From an uncultured Gammaproteobacteria bacterium (GTDB lineage Bacteria > Patescibacteriota > Microgenomatia > Woykebacterales > RBG-16-39-9b), in NCBI GenBank assembly GCA_964367355.1, contig CAYIWY010000002.1, positions 71,296-135,295 on the forward strand: 64,000 bases of DNA, given 5' to 3'. A program made the position numbers and the translations under genes. Position 1 is the first letter of the stretch; each line of letters opens with the position of its first letter. Shown here piece by piece: positions 9,118 through 18,717 of this stretch. The notes under the pieces are model-generated. The model searched no databases, was not told where the DNA came from, and was given only the letters and a program-made list of their open reading frames with translations.

Positions 9118-10329
9118 TTATTGGGGATTTTCTTCCAAAGTAACGGTTAATTTTACTGTTTTTTCGTCCCGGTAAACTTCAACAGCTACTTTTTGTCCCA
9201 CCTTCAAAATATTCAAAATCGAGACTAAATCATTTTCATCGTTTAATGCCTGGCCATTTAATTTGGTAATTATATCCCCGGCTTCAATTCCAGCCTTATC
9301 CGCTGGTGATCCGCTAACAACTCGCTTAACAAAAGCCCCTGGAGAAATACCTTGGATCTCGGCTAATGCTTTGTCAATCGTCTGATAAGCAACCCCAATA
9401 TATGGTTTGACAATTCGACCGTCTTTTTTGTACTGAGCAATAATTTCTTTAACCCGGTTAATCGGGATCACAAATCCGATATTTTGAGCACTTCCAGAAG
9501 TCGCAAAATTAACCCCGATAACTTTACCGGAAAGATCAAGTAGTGGTCCCCCGGAATTACCTGGATTTAGAGCTGCATCAGTTTGAATAACATTCTGCAA
9601 TGTTTCACTTGTTTGACCGTTGCAGCCACTACCAGCTGCTGTTACTCCGCGGCCAAGACCGGAAATAACGCCAACTGTAACTGTATTTTGAAATTGTCCC
9701 AAGGCGTTCCCAATCGCAACAACTTTTTGTCCTGGTTTGAGTAAAGTCGGATCACTATCTCCCAGATCCAACTTGGGTAAGTCTTTGGCATCGATTTTGA
9801 GTATTGCAATATCATTAGCCGGATCAAAATCAATTTTTTTGACATTGAAGGTTTTATTATCTTTTGTCACGACTGCATAACTTAAATCATTCTGACAAAC
9901 AACATGGTTGTTGGTAATGATTAAACCATTCTCTTCAATGATAAAACCTGTGCCAATTCCTTGCTGATCGTTGACCGACCCACGGGTTGGGTCAAAGCTG
10001 ACTGTTTTAGCCACAATAGAAACTACCCCCGCTGAAGTTTTGTCGACCACGTCAATAACTGTAGACTCTTCGACTGTCCGAATAACTGTCTCTCCTTTGC
10101 TATTTGTTACATTCGAAGTTTGAGAAATTTGTTTCGGACGAAACGCTTCTGGGATGGAATCTTTAAACGGTAAATTTTGATACCAAGCTGGATAAGTTAT
10201 GCCAACTACTATTCCGACAATTAGAATAATGAAAAACCCAAGTACGATTGAAGCTAAAAGCAATAATTTTTTATCGATTTTTTCAAAGATATCTGGTTTT
10301 GTGGGATTTGGGCTAGTTAAATTTTCCAT
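9118..10329 (-). CDS. htrA: HtrA/DegP-family periplasmic serine protease with PDZ domain
   Basis: N-terminal TM. Catalytic-triad context (NNHVV, DIAILKI, GNSGGPLLD) and a C-terminal PDZ domain. Confidence 0.9.
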   Translation of the reverse strand: MENLTSPNPTKPDIFEKIDKKLLLLASIVLGFFIILIVGIVVGITYPAWYQNLPFKDSIPEAFRPKQISQTSNVTNSKGETVIRTVEESTVIDVVDKTSAGVVSIVAKTVSFDPTRGSVNDQQGIGTGFIIEENGLIITNNHVVCQNDLSYAVVTKDNKTFNVKKIDFDPANDIAILKIDAKDLPKLDLGDSDPTLLKPGQKVVAIGNALGQFQNTVTVGVISGLGRGVTAAGSGCNGQTSETLQNVIQTDAALNPGNSGGPLLDLSGKVIGVNFATSGSAQNIGFVIPINRVKEIIAQYKKDGRIVKPYIGVAYQTIDKALAEIQGISPGAFVKRVVSGSPADKAGIEAGDIITKLNGQALNDENDLVSILNILKVGQKVAVEVYRDEKTVKLTVTLEENPQ

Positions 10330-10413
10330 TTTGTAAGTACATATTATAGCACTAACCTCCTACTTTAAAAAAGTTAGCTTAGTTAAACTTACCTGGAAAA
10401 AGAAAGTGCAGAA

Positions 10414-10761
10414 TCAACAATCCTGCACTTTTAGTTCTCCAAAACTTTTCTTAAAAAACCATTGGTTGCCTAACATTACCAAACACAAACGTTTTGCCTC
10501 GTAATCCAAAGACTCGGTTAAAGTCAATAATTTAACCTTTGTCCCTTGGAAAACTTCCAGCGAGAAAACTCTCTCCCCGTCTCTTTCTAAGCTTAAAATC
10601 GCCGTTACACTTCTTAAATAACGCTCCGCTGACATTCGATAAGAGTACGGTCCGGTTGCTTCTTGCCTTGTAATTTCGACAACCAATCCAACGCTCGCTG
10701 CCCGGCAGAGAGTTTTGACTATCTCGCCAACACAAGTCTTCCCGAATTGCATCTCTTCCAT
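10414..10761 (-). CDS. Hypothetical protein (GC-richer, ~115 aa)
   Basis: ORF in the track. Start chosen at MEEMQFGK because it has a strong SD (AAGGAGGTGgagaATG). Intrinsic terminator overlaps the stop (agtgcag...ctgcact + U-run). Confidence 0.4.
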   Translation of the reverse strand: MEEMQFGKTCVGEIVKTLCRAASVGLVVEITRQEATGPYSYRMSAERYLRSVTAILSLERDGERVFSLEVFQGTKVKLLTLTESLDYEAKRLCLVMLGNQWFFKKSFGELKVQDC

Positions 10762-10787
10762 TCTCCACCTCCTTTCCTTTTTAGGCA

Positions 10788-10811
10788 CAAAAAAACCCCG
10801 ATTACTCGGGG
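10788..10811 (-). terminator. Rho-independent terminator downstream of the purC-like gene
   Basis: Reverse strand reads CCCCGAGTAATCGGGG followed by TTTTTTT. Confidence 0.6.
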
Positions 10812-10950
10812 CTACTGCGCAGAACTTTTCAGATTGGTCTTTTGTTTAGCCATTCTGAGATTTAATTATACACTAGTGAAAACAATGTTTGTCAACAAAA
10901 GAAAACGCCGTCTGATAACCAAATTTGGTTAAACAAACGACGTTAACTTA

Positions 10951-11820
10951 TCACCACTGACTTACTAATTCAGCAGCAAGAAGATAATTTGCTCTAATCT
11001 CCTCCATTGCTTCCGGAGTTACAACTTTCAAATCCCGGAAAGGCTGTTTGCTAAGAATCTTTCCGTTCCAGGTAACTCTCCAACTGTCACAATCAATGAC
11101 ATCAGCGACGACAAGGATACTATAGCTGTTGAAGCCAAACTCGAGCTTGATGTCCCAAAGCAACCCGCCAACTTTTGCCCAAGCTTTTTCCAAAACTTCA
11201 AAAACTCTCCGCCCTACTTCCGCTATTTCCACAAGATTTATTGCGACCAAGTGATCGAGTGTCCCAGGCGGACTTAGGTGAAAATCTGATTCCAGAATCG
11301 ATGATTCTTGGCCAGACAACGGTTTGGTCGGATCCCAGAACAACCATTGTCCAGTGGTAAGATCATACGTCAGATAAGGATCGTGTCGAGAGTCGTCTTT
11401 GAGAAAAAACTCAACCACTATTGGATCTAGACGTGTTCCTTCCGCAACACTCGGATTCCGTTTCAGATAAGATCCAGAAGCCAAACGGCGCATGACCACT
11501 TCAATCGCAATCATATCGCAGTGTTCGACGATCATCTGATTTGGCTGCAACCAATCTCCAATCAAATGTGTCATAATTCCTGCTTCTTCCAAAAGATCAA
11601 AACACTTGATTGTCGTTTGGCAACTGGCGATACCTTTACCAGACATAATTTCGTGGCGAGCACCGTCTACAGCCGTAATATCGTCCTTATGCTCCATCAG
11701 GAGCGTGCCGTTTCCGAATTGGAAATTCCGCTTGGTTTTGCCCTCAGAAAACAAGGGCCCTTTCTCTCCAAACTGTTTAACGGCTGGTCGTTTCACCAAC
11801 GTGTCTCCTCCCTTGTTCAT
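10951..11820 (-). CDS. purC: SAICAR synthetase (PurC) family protein
   Basis: EGKTKRNF ... MEHKDDITAVDG ... GKGIASCQ ... LLEEAGIMTH ... IAIEVVMRRLASGSYLKR ... DIKLEFG is collinear with PurC motifs. GC-richer than surroundings. Confidence 0.7.
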   Translation of the reverse strand: MNKGGDTLVKRPAVKQFGEKGPLFSEGKTKRNFQFGNGTLLMEHKDDITAVDGARHEIMSGKGIASCQTTIKCFDLLEEAGIMTHLIGDWLQPNQMIVEHCDMIAIEVVMRRLASGSYLKRNPSVAEGTRLDPIVVEFFLKDDSRHDPYLTYDLTTGQWLFWDPTKPLSGQESSILESDFHLSPPGTLDHLVAINLVEIAEVGRRVFEVLEKAWAKVGGLLWDIKLEFGFNSYSILVVADVIDCDSWRVTWNGKILSKQPFRDLKVVTPEAMEEIRANYLLAAELVSQW

Positions 11821-12341
11821 TATCTTTCGATTTTGATCACTGCAGCTAATGACCGTAACGATTCGTCGAGTTCTTCGAGACTACGACAAATCCTTTCCCC
11901 ACTGCTTTCTTCAATAAAATATTCAACCTGCAAGTTGACCGTAGAACCTAGGTTGTCAGCCGCGAGACGGAAATCGGTACGCAAACCAATGATAGTTTTC
12001 CCTAGACCGAAAGCAAAACCAATCTCACTGGCTGTACCGGAATCAACGTCTGATCCATCTAAAACAGCGACCAAAACATCAGACTGACAAATCAAATCCG
12101 CATTTTTTCGACCAATTACCTGGTTGACCTGTTCATGCAGATAGATTCTGCGCTCCTCCATTTTTTCGAGCTTTTCCGCTTCTCTGAAGAGATCTCCGTA
12201 ATCCTGATCCCAAGGATCTAAAACCTCAAACCCATGTTTTTCGAGTAACTCATGAATCTTTTTCAGGAATTCGCGGGTACTATCAGCAAACCCCAAGGGT
12301 GAAGCAATGTAAGCTTTCACTTTTCCTCCTTTAAAAAACAA
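11820..12341 (-). CDS. Nucleoside 2-deoxyribosyltransferase-like protein
   Basis: KAYIASPLGF ... VLDGSDVDSGTASEIGFAFGLGKTIIGL matches the NDT/Rcl-like fold signature. 1-nt overlap with the purC-like gene. Confidence 0.6.
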   Translation of the reverse strand: MFFKGGKVKAYIASPLGFADSTREFLKKIHELLEKHGFEVLDPWDQDYGDLFREAEKLEKMEERRIYLHEQVNQVIGRKNADLICQSDVLVAVLDGSDVDSGTASEIGFAFGLGKTIIGLRTDFRLAADNLGSTVNLQVEYFIEESSGERICRSLEELDESLRSLAAVIKIER

Positions 12342-12421
12342 AATGAAACCACAGAGGCAGTTTCAATTACAAAAAGTTTAACACTGGAAAGTTTGATTAA
12401 CAACTCTAGAGAAATTTGAAC

Positions 12422-13639
12422 CTACATGCTATCGAGAACTTCACGGGCTTTGGTCAGTTGCGGATCAACGCTGTCTTTAATGTTTTGGTCAGTTATATCG
12501 ACTTTGTAATCAGGTGTAATTCCTTTTTTGTGAACCCAGGTCCCATTTGGAGTCAACCATTTGGCCACCGTAATATGCAGCCCAGAACCATCTGCCAAAT
12601 CATCGACTGTCTGAACCGTACCTTTGCCAAAACTAGTTTCACCGACAATAGTGCCCTTTTTGTGGTCGGATAGTGCACCGCTTACAATCTCTGAAGCAGA
12701 CGCGCTACCTTTATTAATTAAGACAACGACTTTTAGATCCTGCAAACGTCCGTCAACAGTGTTATACATCGGCTGACGTTTACCATTGGCATCTTCCTGC
12801 TGCACAATTATATCTTTGGTGGTGAGAAAATCACCGGCAACATGAATAGCACTCTGGAGTAAACCACCTGGATTATTGCGCAAATCTAAAACTATTTTCC
12901 TGATTCCCTTGGTCGTGATTTCATTTATCGCCTTATCCCATTCATCGTTAGAATTTTCCCCAAACTGATTTAGATTGATAATAGCTGTATCTTTTTCTAT
13001 TGTTAATTTGATGGTTTTGACAATAATCGTACCTCGAATAATTTCAAATTTGCGTACCACTGTTTCGGTTCCACGTAAGATTTCAAGTTTAACTTTTGTT
13101 CCCGCTTTTCCTCTGATCATTTTAACTGCGTCCACAATTGTAATAGTGGTTGCATCTGTATCATCAATTACAACAATACGATCAGCTGCTCTGATTCCTG
13201 CTTTTTCCGCCGGAGAATCTTCGATCGGAGCAATAACTACAAGATTATTGTCTTTTGACCCAAGTTCCATACCAACCCCTTCAAACGATCCGGAGATTTG
13301 ATCGTTGAATGAGACATTGGCATCAGGATCAAAATAAGCTGTGTACGGATCCCCAGCAGCAGTAACCAAACCTTTGATCGCCCCCTGCAACAATTTTTGG
13401 CCGGAAAGATCTTTTTTAAATAAGAAATCTTTATTCAACTTATCCCAAACTTGCCAAAACGAGGAGAAATCAACACTATCCTTTTTGTAAATTTTATTGG
13501 TAACACTAATTTTTTCCTGGTTATTTGGTAAAAAGGGTACGTCGACATAGCGCCCAAACCAAAACCCAAACAATAAAAAGAAAACCGTTACAATAAATTT
13601 TGGGAAGATATTATTGATATTTTTTTGATTGTTGTCCAT
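12422..13639 (-). CDS. ctpA: C-terminal processing (tail-specific) peptidase, S41 family, with PDZ domain
   Basis: N-terminal TM. PDZ (GSFEGVGMEL...IEDSPAEKAGI). S41 motifs (LDLRNNPGGLL, GSASASEIV, TSFGKGTVQ). Confidence 0.85.
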   Translation of the reverse strand: MDNNQKNINNIFPKFIVTVFFLLFGFWFGRYVDVPFLPNNQEKISVTNKIYKKDSVDFSSFWQVWDKLNKDFLFKKDLSGQKLLQGAIKGLVTAAGDPYTAYFDPDANVSFNDQISGSFEGVGMELGSKDNNLVVIAPIEDSPAEKAGIRAADRIVVIDDTDATTITIVDAVKMIRGKAGTKVKLEILRGTETVVRKFEIIRGTIIVKTIKLTIEKDTAIINLNQFGENSNDEWDKAINEITTKGIRKIVLDLRNNPGGLLQSAIHVAGDFLTTKDIIVQQEDANGKRQPMYNTVDGRLQDLKVVVLINKGSASASEIVSGALSDHKKGTIVGETSFGKGTVQTVDDLADGSGLHITVAKWLTPNGTWVHKKGITPDYKVDITDQNIKDSVDPQLTKAREVLDSM

Positions 13640-14697
13640 TAAGAAATTATTTCCAAATTCGCAGCTGGAACGGAAATCTTCCGCCCACTGGAAAATTTTA
13701 TCTCCGCTAAAATCGAAGAGAGACCAGACTCTAATTCTACATCCTCTGAACTAATTGATTCAACTACCCCAACTAATTCCGAAGTGTCGCCGTGGAAATG
13801 TCGAACAACATCACCAACTTTGAGCTCTCGCCAAGTCTCACGATCCAATGGTTTATTATCGACGATTTTTTTGTCCTGCGGAACTAAAACTGTTCTTTCC
13901 GAACCGTTGATAAAAGCAAATTTGTCATTTTCCTTGTTAAAAGCTTCATAGACATCTTTGCCCATGGTAACTGTTCCAAATCCTTCGGTGACAATTATCG
14001 TAATCCCAACATCACTTTCGACTCCCAAACTCATAAAATCACGATAATCAATCCCGCCAACTACAATTCCCTTAACTCCAAGCGTAAGAGCTTTTTCAAT
14101 CGAGGCACGATCCAAATGTGATCCCCCGACCAAAATCCTCCCCTGGCAAGATGAATCAATCTTCTGCGGAATAATAAACTCGTTTTGTCCGGCGATTATT
14201 TTAATTATCCCTTCCCGTGGTTTTCCTAAACCGGCTGATCCGATAATCTCGCTTCCAAAAGTCCGAACGATGACAGCGTCTTCCCTGACATCTTCAATCA
14301 ATCCTGAGGCTCCAGCAACTAGCCTGACTGGCATCGGCAAAAACTTCACGACAATATCCCCAGATTCATCGATGCTAGTTATGACTCCATCCGCTGGACT
14401 TTTGAGTTCTTTTTTACCAACTCCAAAGACTCCTTTTTTCCTGGCAATAATCTCACCTTGATAGATACGATCCCCAATGCTGCGAAGTAAATATTTTTTA
14501 ATATCACGTCGTGGTACACCAAGTGTGTGAGCAATTTTTACTAAACGCTGCCCAGCAGAAACCTCACAATGCGCCACAACACTAGCAGCATCAACCCGAT
14601 CTCCTTCTTTCACTGAAGGTTTACAATGACCAATGTAGGAACGAACCAGATCAAACTCACTATTTATAATTACTCTTCTCCAAACAGGACAAATCAT
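13639..14697 (-). CDS. Hypothetical protein (352 aa) co-transcribed with ctp
   Basis: Complete ORF with 4-nt overlap on both neighbours. No family recognised; it has a weak lipoyl/biotinyl-like N-terminal stretch KEGDRVDAASVVAHCEVSAGQ. Confidence 0.5.
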   Translation of the reverse strand: MICPVWRRVIINSEFDLVRSYIGHCKPSVKEGDRVDAASVVAHCEVSAGQRLVKIAHTLGVPRRDIKKYLLRSIGDRIYQGEIIARKKGVFGVGKKELKSPADGVITSIDESGDIVVKFLPMPVRLVAGASGLIEDVREDAVIVRTFGSEIIGSAGLGKPREGIIKIIAGQNEFIIPQKIDSSCQGRILVGGSHLDRASIEKALTLGVKGIVVGGIDYRDFMSLGVESDVGITIIVTEGFGTVTMGKDVYEAFNKENDKFAFINGSERTVLVPQDKKIVDNKPLDRETWRELKVGDVVRHFHGDTSELVGVVESISSEDVELESGLSSILAEIKFSSGRKISVPAANLEIIS

Positions 14698-15746
14698 TCA
14701 ATCATCTCCAGTTTATCTATCGCTCCTTGCCATTTTTTAATATCAGCTCGACTCTTAATTCTCCCGAAAGCAATTTTCAAGGGTTTAATCCGACCGTCCA
14801 ATAAAACCCCAAACGCACCGCCGTTTAAAGATACCTTTTCTTTTTCTTTTGAATCAAGAAAAGTTACTTCGAGTTTTTGCTTTGCTGGAGCCGGTACCAG
14901 TGCAATTTCATCTTCAATTATGGAAATTTCTTGATTTTCAGTAAAACCGTAATCAAGCATAACTTTGCCCTCACCGCCAAAAGAAATAAAAGCACCGAGA
15001 TCCTGCAAAAAACTATTTTCCCACTCGGCTATTTGGGGATATTTTTTTAATAAAGCTCCGAAACTAACCAAGAAAATATCACGATCCAGTTTAACTTGAG
15101 CGACTCTACCCTTTGCCAAAGTATCCAAAATTACCAAAGCTATTTTTGACTGCTTGGGTGCTAAAGAAAAAAAGGCACCGGTAATAACAATATTTATAAC
15201 GTTTTTAGCTGCAATAAAATCTGAGTTTCGGCTAAATGCTAGTCTATAAAAAGCTTCCTCGATTTCCAGCTCTGTCTTTTCTTCAGGAATCGAATGTGGA
15301 CGGACTGATTTATTTCCGAAATAATTTTCGATATCAACCTCTGTAAGTTCAGAGGTGAGAAAAGCACCAATTTGATTAATTTTTATCGTGGGGTTGTAAC
15401 TGTAATCACTAGTATCCAAAATTATTGGATTTTTGAAATCTTCCTTTATTAAATATTTCTTTATCTCCTCTTTTGAATCTTCTTCGGAAATATAGATAAC
15501 ATCAAGATTTTTAGCGAGGACTTCAGCTTCCGGAATTGGACCGGTAATAATAACTTTACTATCTTTGATTACCTTCATTTCCGCAAAAAGCTTATTGACA
15601 GTAAAGCTGATATCACCACTGGAGGTCGGCAAAGAAGCTTTCTTTGAAATTACAAGTCTATTCTTATCATTTTCAACTAAAAAAGCCTTTGTCCAAGATT
15701 TTCCAACGTCAAGAACAAAGGTTTTTGGGAAGGCTTGGCTAGTCAT
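14694..15746 (-). CDS. Hypothetical protein (350 aa), possible actin-like/ASKHA-fold ATPase
   Basis: N-terminal FVLDVGKSWTKAFLVE resembles a phosphate-1 loop of ASKHA ATPases. Otherwise unassigned. Confidence 0.4.
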   Translation of the reverse strand: MTSQAFPKTFVLDVGKSWTKAFLVENDKNRLVISKKASLPTSSGDISFTVNKLFAEMKVIKDSKVIITGPIPEAEVLAKNLDVIYISEEDSKEEIKKYLIKEDFKNPIILDTSDYSYNPTIKINQIGAFLTSELTEVDIENYFGNKSVRPHSIPEEKTELEIEEAFYRLAFSRNSDFIAAKNVINIVITGAFFSLAPKQSKIALVILDTLAKGRVAQVKLDRDIFLVSFGALLKKYPQIAEWENSFLQDLGAFISFGGEGKVMLDYGFTENQEISIIEDEIALVPAPAKQKLEVTFLDSKEKEKVSLNGGAFGVLLDGRIKPLKIAFGRIKSRADIKKWQGAIDKLEMIE

Positions 15747-15763
15747 AGTAACAATATTTTAAC

Positions 15764-16012
15764 TTAACCGACGGAAACTGCAAACGGTAACAAAGCCATA
15801 TAACGACTTTTTTTGATTGCATTTGAAAGTTGTCTTTGGTGTTTGTAGCAAACTCCAGATCGTGTGCGAGCCACGATCTTACCGCGATCGGTCGTCAAAC
15901 GACGCAAACTAACAACTTCTTTGTAGTCTGGTGTAGTACCCTCTTTGCAAAAAGAACAATATTTTTTTCGGGTTGGTTTTAAATTGTTTCGATCATTCGT
16001 TCGTCTCAACAT
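15764..16012 (-). CDS. rpsR: 30S ribosomal protein S18
   Basis: RKKYCSFCKEG...DYKEV..LRRLTTDRGKIVARTRSGVCYKHQRQLSNAIKKSRYMALLPF. Confidence 0.9.
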   Translation of the reverse strand: MLRRTNDRNNLKPTRKKYCSFCKEGTTPDYKEVVSLRRLTTDRGKIVARTRSGVCYKHQRQLSNAIKKSRYMALLPFAVSVG

Positions 16013-16022
16013 AAGTTCTTAA

Positions 16023-16574
16023 TTAAAAAGGAATGTCATCGATATTAATTTCGTCTGATTCTTCCTCTTCTTTTTTTGGCTTTTCCTCTTTCTTGTCCGC
16101 TGGTTGGTCTTTTTTCTTCCCGTCTTTTTTCTTTTCGTCTTTTTCCTCTGGTGCAACATCGACTTCGTTGACTGCCGGTGCCTCAGCGTCAGATTTATAA
16201 CTGGATTCCTGAGATTCCCCAACACTTCCCTCGCGGCGGGAATCCAAAAGTACCATATCCTCAGCGACTATTTCAGTTGCATTACGTTTTTCACCTTCTG
16301 GTCCTTCCCAATTTCTAGTTTGCAAACGTCCTTCAATGTAAACTTTACGACCCTTAGTCAAAAGTTGAGCACAAAGTTCAGCCAGCTTATTCCAAGCAAC
16401 TATTCGATGGAACTCAGTCTCTTCACGACGTTCTCCTGCCTCACCCGAAGCCCAACTACGATTTGTCGCCAATCCGAAAGAACATACTCCAGCACCGTTT
16501 GGTGTGTAACGCATTTCCGGATCCCGGGTTAGGTTACCAATTAACATTACCTTGTTAAGTGATCTAGATGACAT
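16023..16574 (-). CDS. ssb: Single-stranded DNA-binding protein
   Basis: OB-fold N-terminus (NKVMLIGNLTRDPEMRYTPNG), acidic tail ending DDIPF. Confidence 0.95.
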   Translation of the reverse strand: MSSRSLNKVMLIGNLTRDPEMRYTPNGAGVCSFGLATNRSWASGEAGERREETEFHRIVAWNKLAELCAQLLTKGRKVYIEGRLQTRNWEGPEGEKRNATEIVAEDMVLLDSRREGSVGESQESSYKSDAEAPAVNEVDVAPEEKDEKKKDGKKKDQPADKKEEKPKKEEEESDEINIDDIPF

Positions 16575-16585
16575 AAGTTCCTCCT

Positions 16586-16939
16586 TTAACGAATAATTAC
16601 TGTTTCAACTGACTTCTTTGCTTTTCTAGTATCCTTTTTGCGAGCCTTTTTGATTATCTCTTTTTTTGTAATTAAAAATCTGATAACTTTATCCTCAATT
16701 CGCAAGTTATCATTAACCGCCTTTGGTAAGTTCTCACTTCCTTTTAGACTCAAAAGCGAATAAAAAGCACTCTTGTTTTTTCCAATTGGAAAAGCTAGGG
16801 CTTTTTTACCCCAGCTATCGGTTTGAGCAACCTCACCTTTGGCTTTTTCAACAATAGTGGTGAGTCCATTTAATATTTTCTTTTGTTCCTCTTCTGATTG
16901 ATCTTCAGCAATCGCGAGTAATAGTTCGTAATCTGTCAT
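16586..16939 (-). CDS. rpsF: 30S ribosomal protein S6
   Basis: MTDYELLLAIAEDQSEEE...DSWGKKALAFPIGKNKSAFY. The ORF-track N-terminal extension overlaps ychF and is unlikely. Confidence 0.85.
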   Translation of the reverse strand: MTDYELLLAIAEDQSEEEQKKILNGLTTIVEKAKGEVAQTDSWGKKALAFPIGKNKSAFYSLLSLKGSENLPKAVNDNLRIEDKVIRFLITKKEIIKKARKKDTRKAKKSVETVIIR

Positions 16940-17001
16940 AAGTTTTAATTCCGCTGGGAGTATACCACAAGCTAAAATAGGTACGCAAGCAGGGTTTAAA
17001 T

Positions 17002-18138
17002 TCAAACGTTAAATTTAAAAATCGTTGTATCCCCGTCTTGAAAAATATAATCTTTGCCTTCGAGTCTGACCCAGCCTTTTTCCCTCGCCTGACTCCAACC
17101 ACCAGCGGCAATTAATTTCTCCCAATGAATCACCTCAGCTTTAATAAAACCGCGTTCAAAGTCGGTGTGAATGACACCGGCTGCTTGCGGTGCTTTAGAA
17201 CCGGCTTTTATCGTCCAAGCTCGTACTTCTTTTTCCCCGGCAGTGAAAAAAGTCTGCAAACCAAGTAATTTAAATGAAACCTGAATTAACTTTTCCAAAC
17301 CAGATTGTTCAACTCTAGCTTCTTTTAAGTATTCCTTTTGCTCATCTGAATTTAACGTAACCAATTCCTCTTCCATTTTGGCAGAAATTATTACATTGGG
17401 CTGAAATACTTCGATTAATCGAATCATCGAAGTGGTATCTTTCAGTTTTTCTTCAGCAACATTAAAAACATAAATAACTGGCTTCAAAGTAATTAAAGGT
17501 AATTGTTTGACGTACTCGTGATATTTTTCTTCAACTTCAACACTACTAGCTGGTTTTTCTACCTCCAGAGCTTCCTTTATACTATTAAGGACATTTAACT
17601 CACCTGTAGCTTCTTTTGAGGTTTTTAGTTCCTTTTCCTTAGCGTCAATCAATTTTTGCAAGGTTTCCAAGTCTGCTAGCATCAGCTCGATATTAATTGT
17701 TTCAATATCGCTCTTTGCCTGCCCGCCAATTGCTTCGCCGCTAGGCGATGGCAGGCGGGGATCGATTCCTGAACGGATAATATTGGGATCTTCAAAGACG
17801 CGGACGACATGGGCTATGGCATCAACCTCACGAATATAAGAAAGGAATTTATTGCCAAGCCCTTCCCCACTCGAGGCTCCTTTAACGAGGCCGGCAATAT
17901 CGACAAATTCGACCGTTGCCGGAATAATCGGCGGAGCCGTTCTGAGCGAAGTCGAAGAATCTCTGATTACTTCTGCAAGTTTTGTCAAACGTTCATCAGC
18001 AACCTCCACTACTCCCACATTGGGATCAATAGTTGTAAACGGATAATTAGCCGCCGCAGCGATTTGTTTTTTTAAGAGACTATTAAATAATGTGGACTTA
18101 CCCACGTTTGGTAAACCCACAATTCCGCATTTTAACAA
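17002..18138 (-). CDS. ychF: Ribosome-binding ATPase YchF (Obg family)
   Basis: [26 protein letters not shown]-terminal TGS domain. Confidence 0.95.
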   Translation of the reverse strand: MLKCGIVGLPNVGKSTLFNSLLKKQIAAAANYPFTTIDPNVGVVEVADERLTKLAEVIRDSSTSLRTAPPIIPATVEFVDIAGLVKGASSGEGLGNKFLSYIREVDAIAHVVRVFEDPNIIRSGIDPRLPSPSGEAIGGQAKSDIETINIELMLADLETLQKLIDAKEKELKTSKEATGELNVLNSIKEALEVEKPASSVEVEEKYHEYVKQLPLITLKPVIYVFNVAEEKLKDTTSMIRLIEVFQPNVIISAKMEEELVTLNSDEQKEYLKEARVEQSGLEKLIQVSFKLLGLQTFFTAGEKEVRAWTIKAGSKAPQAAGVIHTDFERGFIKAEVIHWEKLIAAGGWSQAREKGWVRLEGKDYIFQDGDTTIFKFNV

Positions 18139-18150
18139 TTTTTACCTTCC

Positions 18151-18525
18151 TTACCAAATAACTTTTGGGTAAATTTTAGAAATTTCTTGATCTTTTGTTA
18201 CAAGCGGAAGATTTAAGATCTTAGCAGTAACAACTATGACTCTATCGTGCATCTCAAGACTCTCTGCAAAACCTGTATATCCGTTAAGAATCTCCAAATT
18301 CAATGGATAGATAAAGCATGCTTTATTGGAAATAAGTTCACCCAGAAGTTGCTTAAACCTTCTTTGCAAAAATTTCTTTGCAAGTATTGCCTCAAGTTCC
18401 AAAATAACGATCGTTGGGATTACAATTACCGAAGCGCCGTCAAAAAGTTCTATAATTTTTGTGGGAAGTTTTTGTGGGTCTTCGAAGTACCAAAATAGAG
18501 CGTGGGTATCCGTTACAGCGTTCAA
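18151..18525 (-). CDS. PIN-domain protein (VapC-like toxin candidate)
   Basis: DTHALFWYF near the N-terminus, ~124 aa, preceded 10 nt upstream by a 60-aa ORF. Confidence 0.6.
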   Translation of the reverse strand: MNAVTDTHALFWYFEDPQKLPTKIIELFDGASVIVIPTIVILELEAILAKKFLQRRFKQLLGELISNKACFIYPLNLEILNGYTGFAESLEMHDRVIVVTAKILNLPLVTKDQEISKIYPKVIW

Positions 18526-18534
18526 TAAAAACTC

Positions 18535-18717
18535 CTAGGGCATTCTAACTTTATTAAATGCCTCTTTCGTCTCTTCAATTTCCTCATCAGTTATATTTGC
18601 ACCTCTTAAGAAACCTCTTAGGGATCTTGCACCACCCTTTTCGCCCTGGAAGTTCTTTATGGATTCCAATTCTTTTTCCATTGTTTCAATTGTTTTTTCC
18701 AAAACTTGGCTCTTCAT
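18535..18717 (-). CDS. Small protein upstream of the PIN gene (antitoxin candidate)
   Basis: 60-aa charged ORF in the position and orientation typical of a type II antitoxin. No recognisable DNA-binding fold at sequence level. Confidence 0.35.
   Translation of the reverse strand: MKSQVLEKTIETMEKELESIKNFQGEKGGARSLRGFLRGANITDEEIEETKEAFNKVRMP

Noticed and set aside
16104-16532. 142-aa forward-strand ORF
   Set aside because: Antisense to the unambiguous ssb gene.
16940-17005. N-terminal extension of rpsF overlapping ychF
   Set aside because: S6 homologs start at MTDYELL... The extension is hydrophobic and overlaps the ychF stop.
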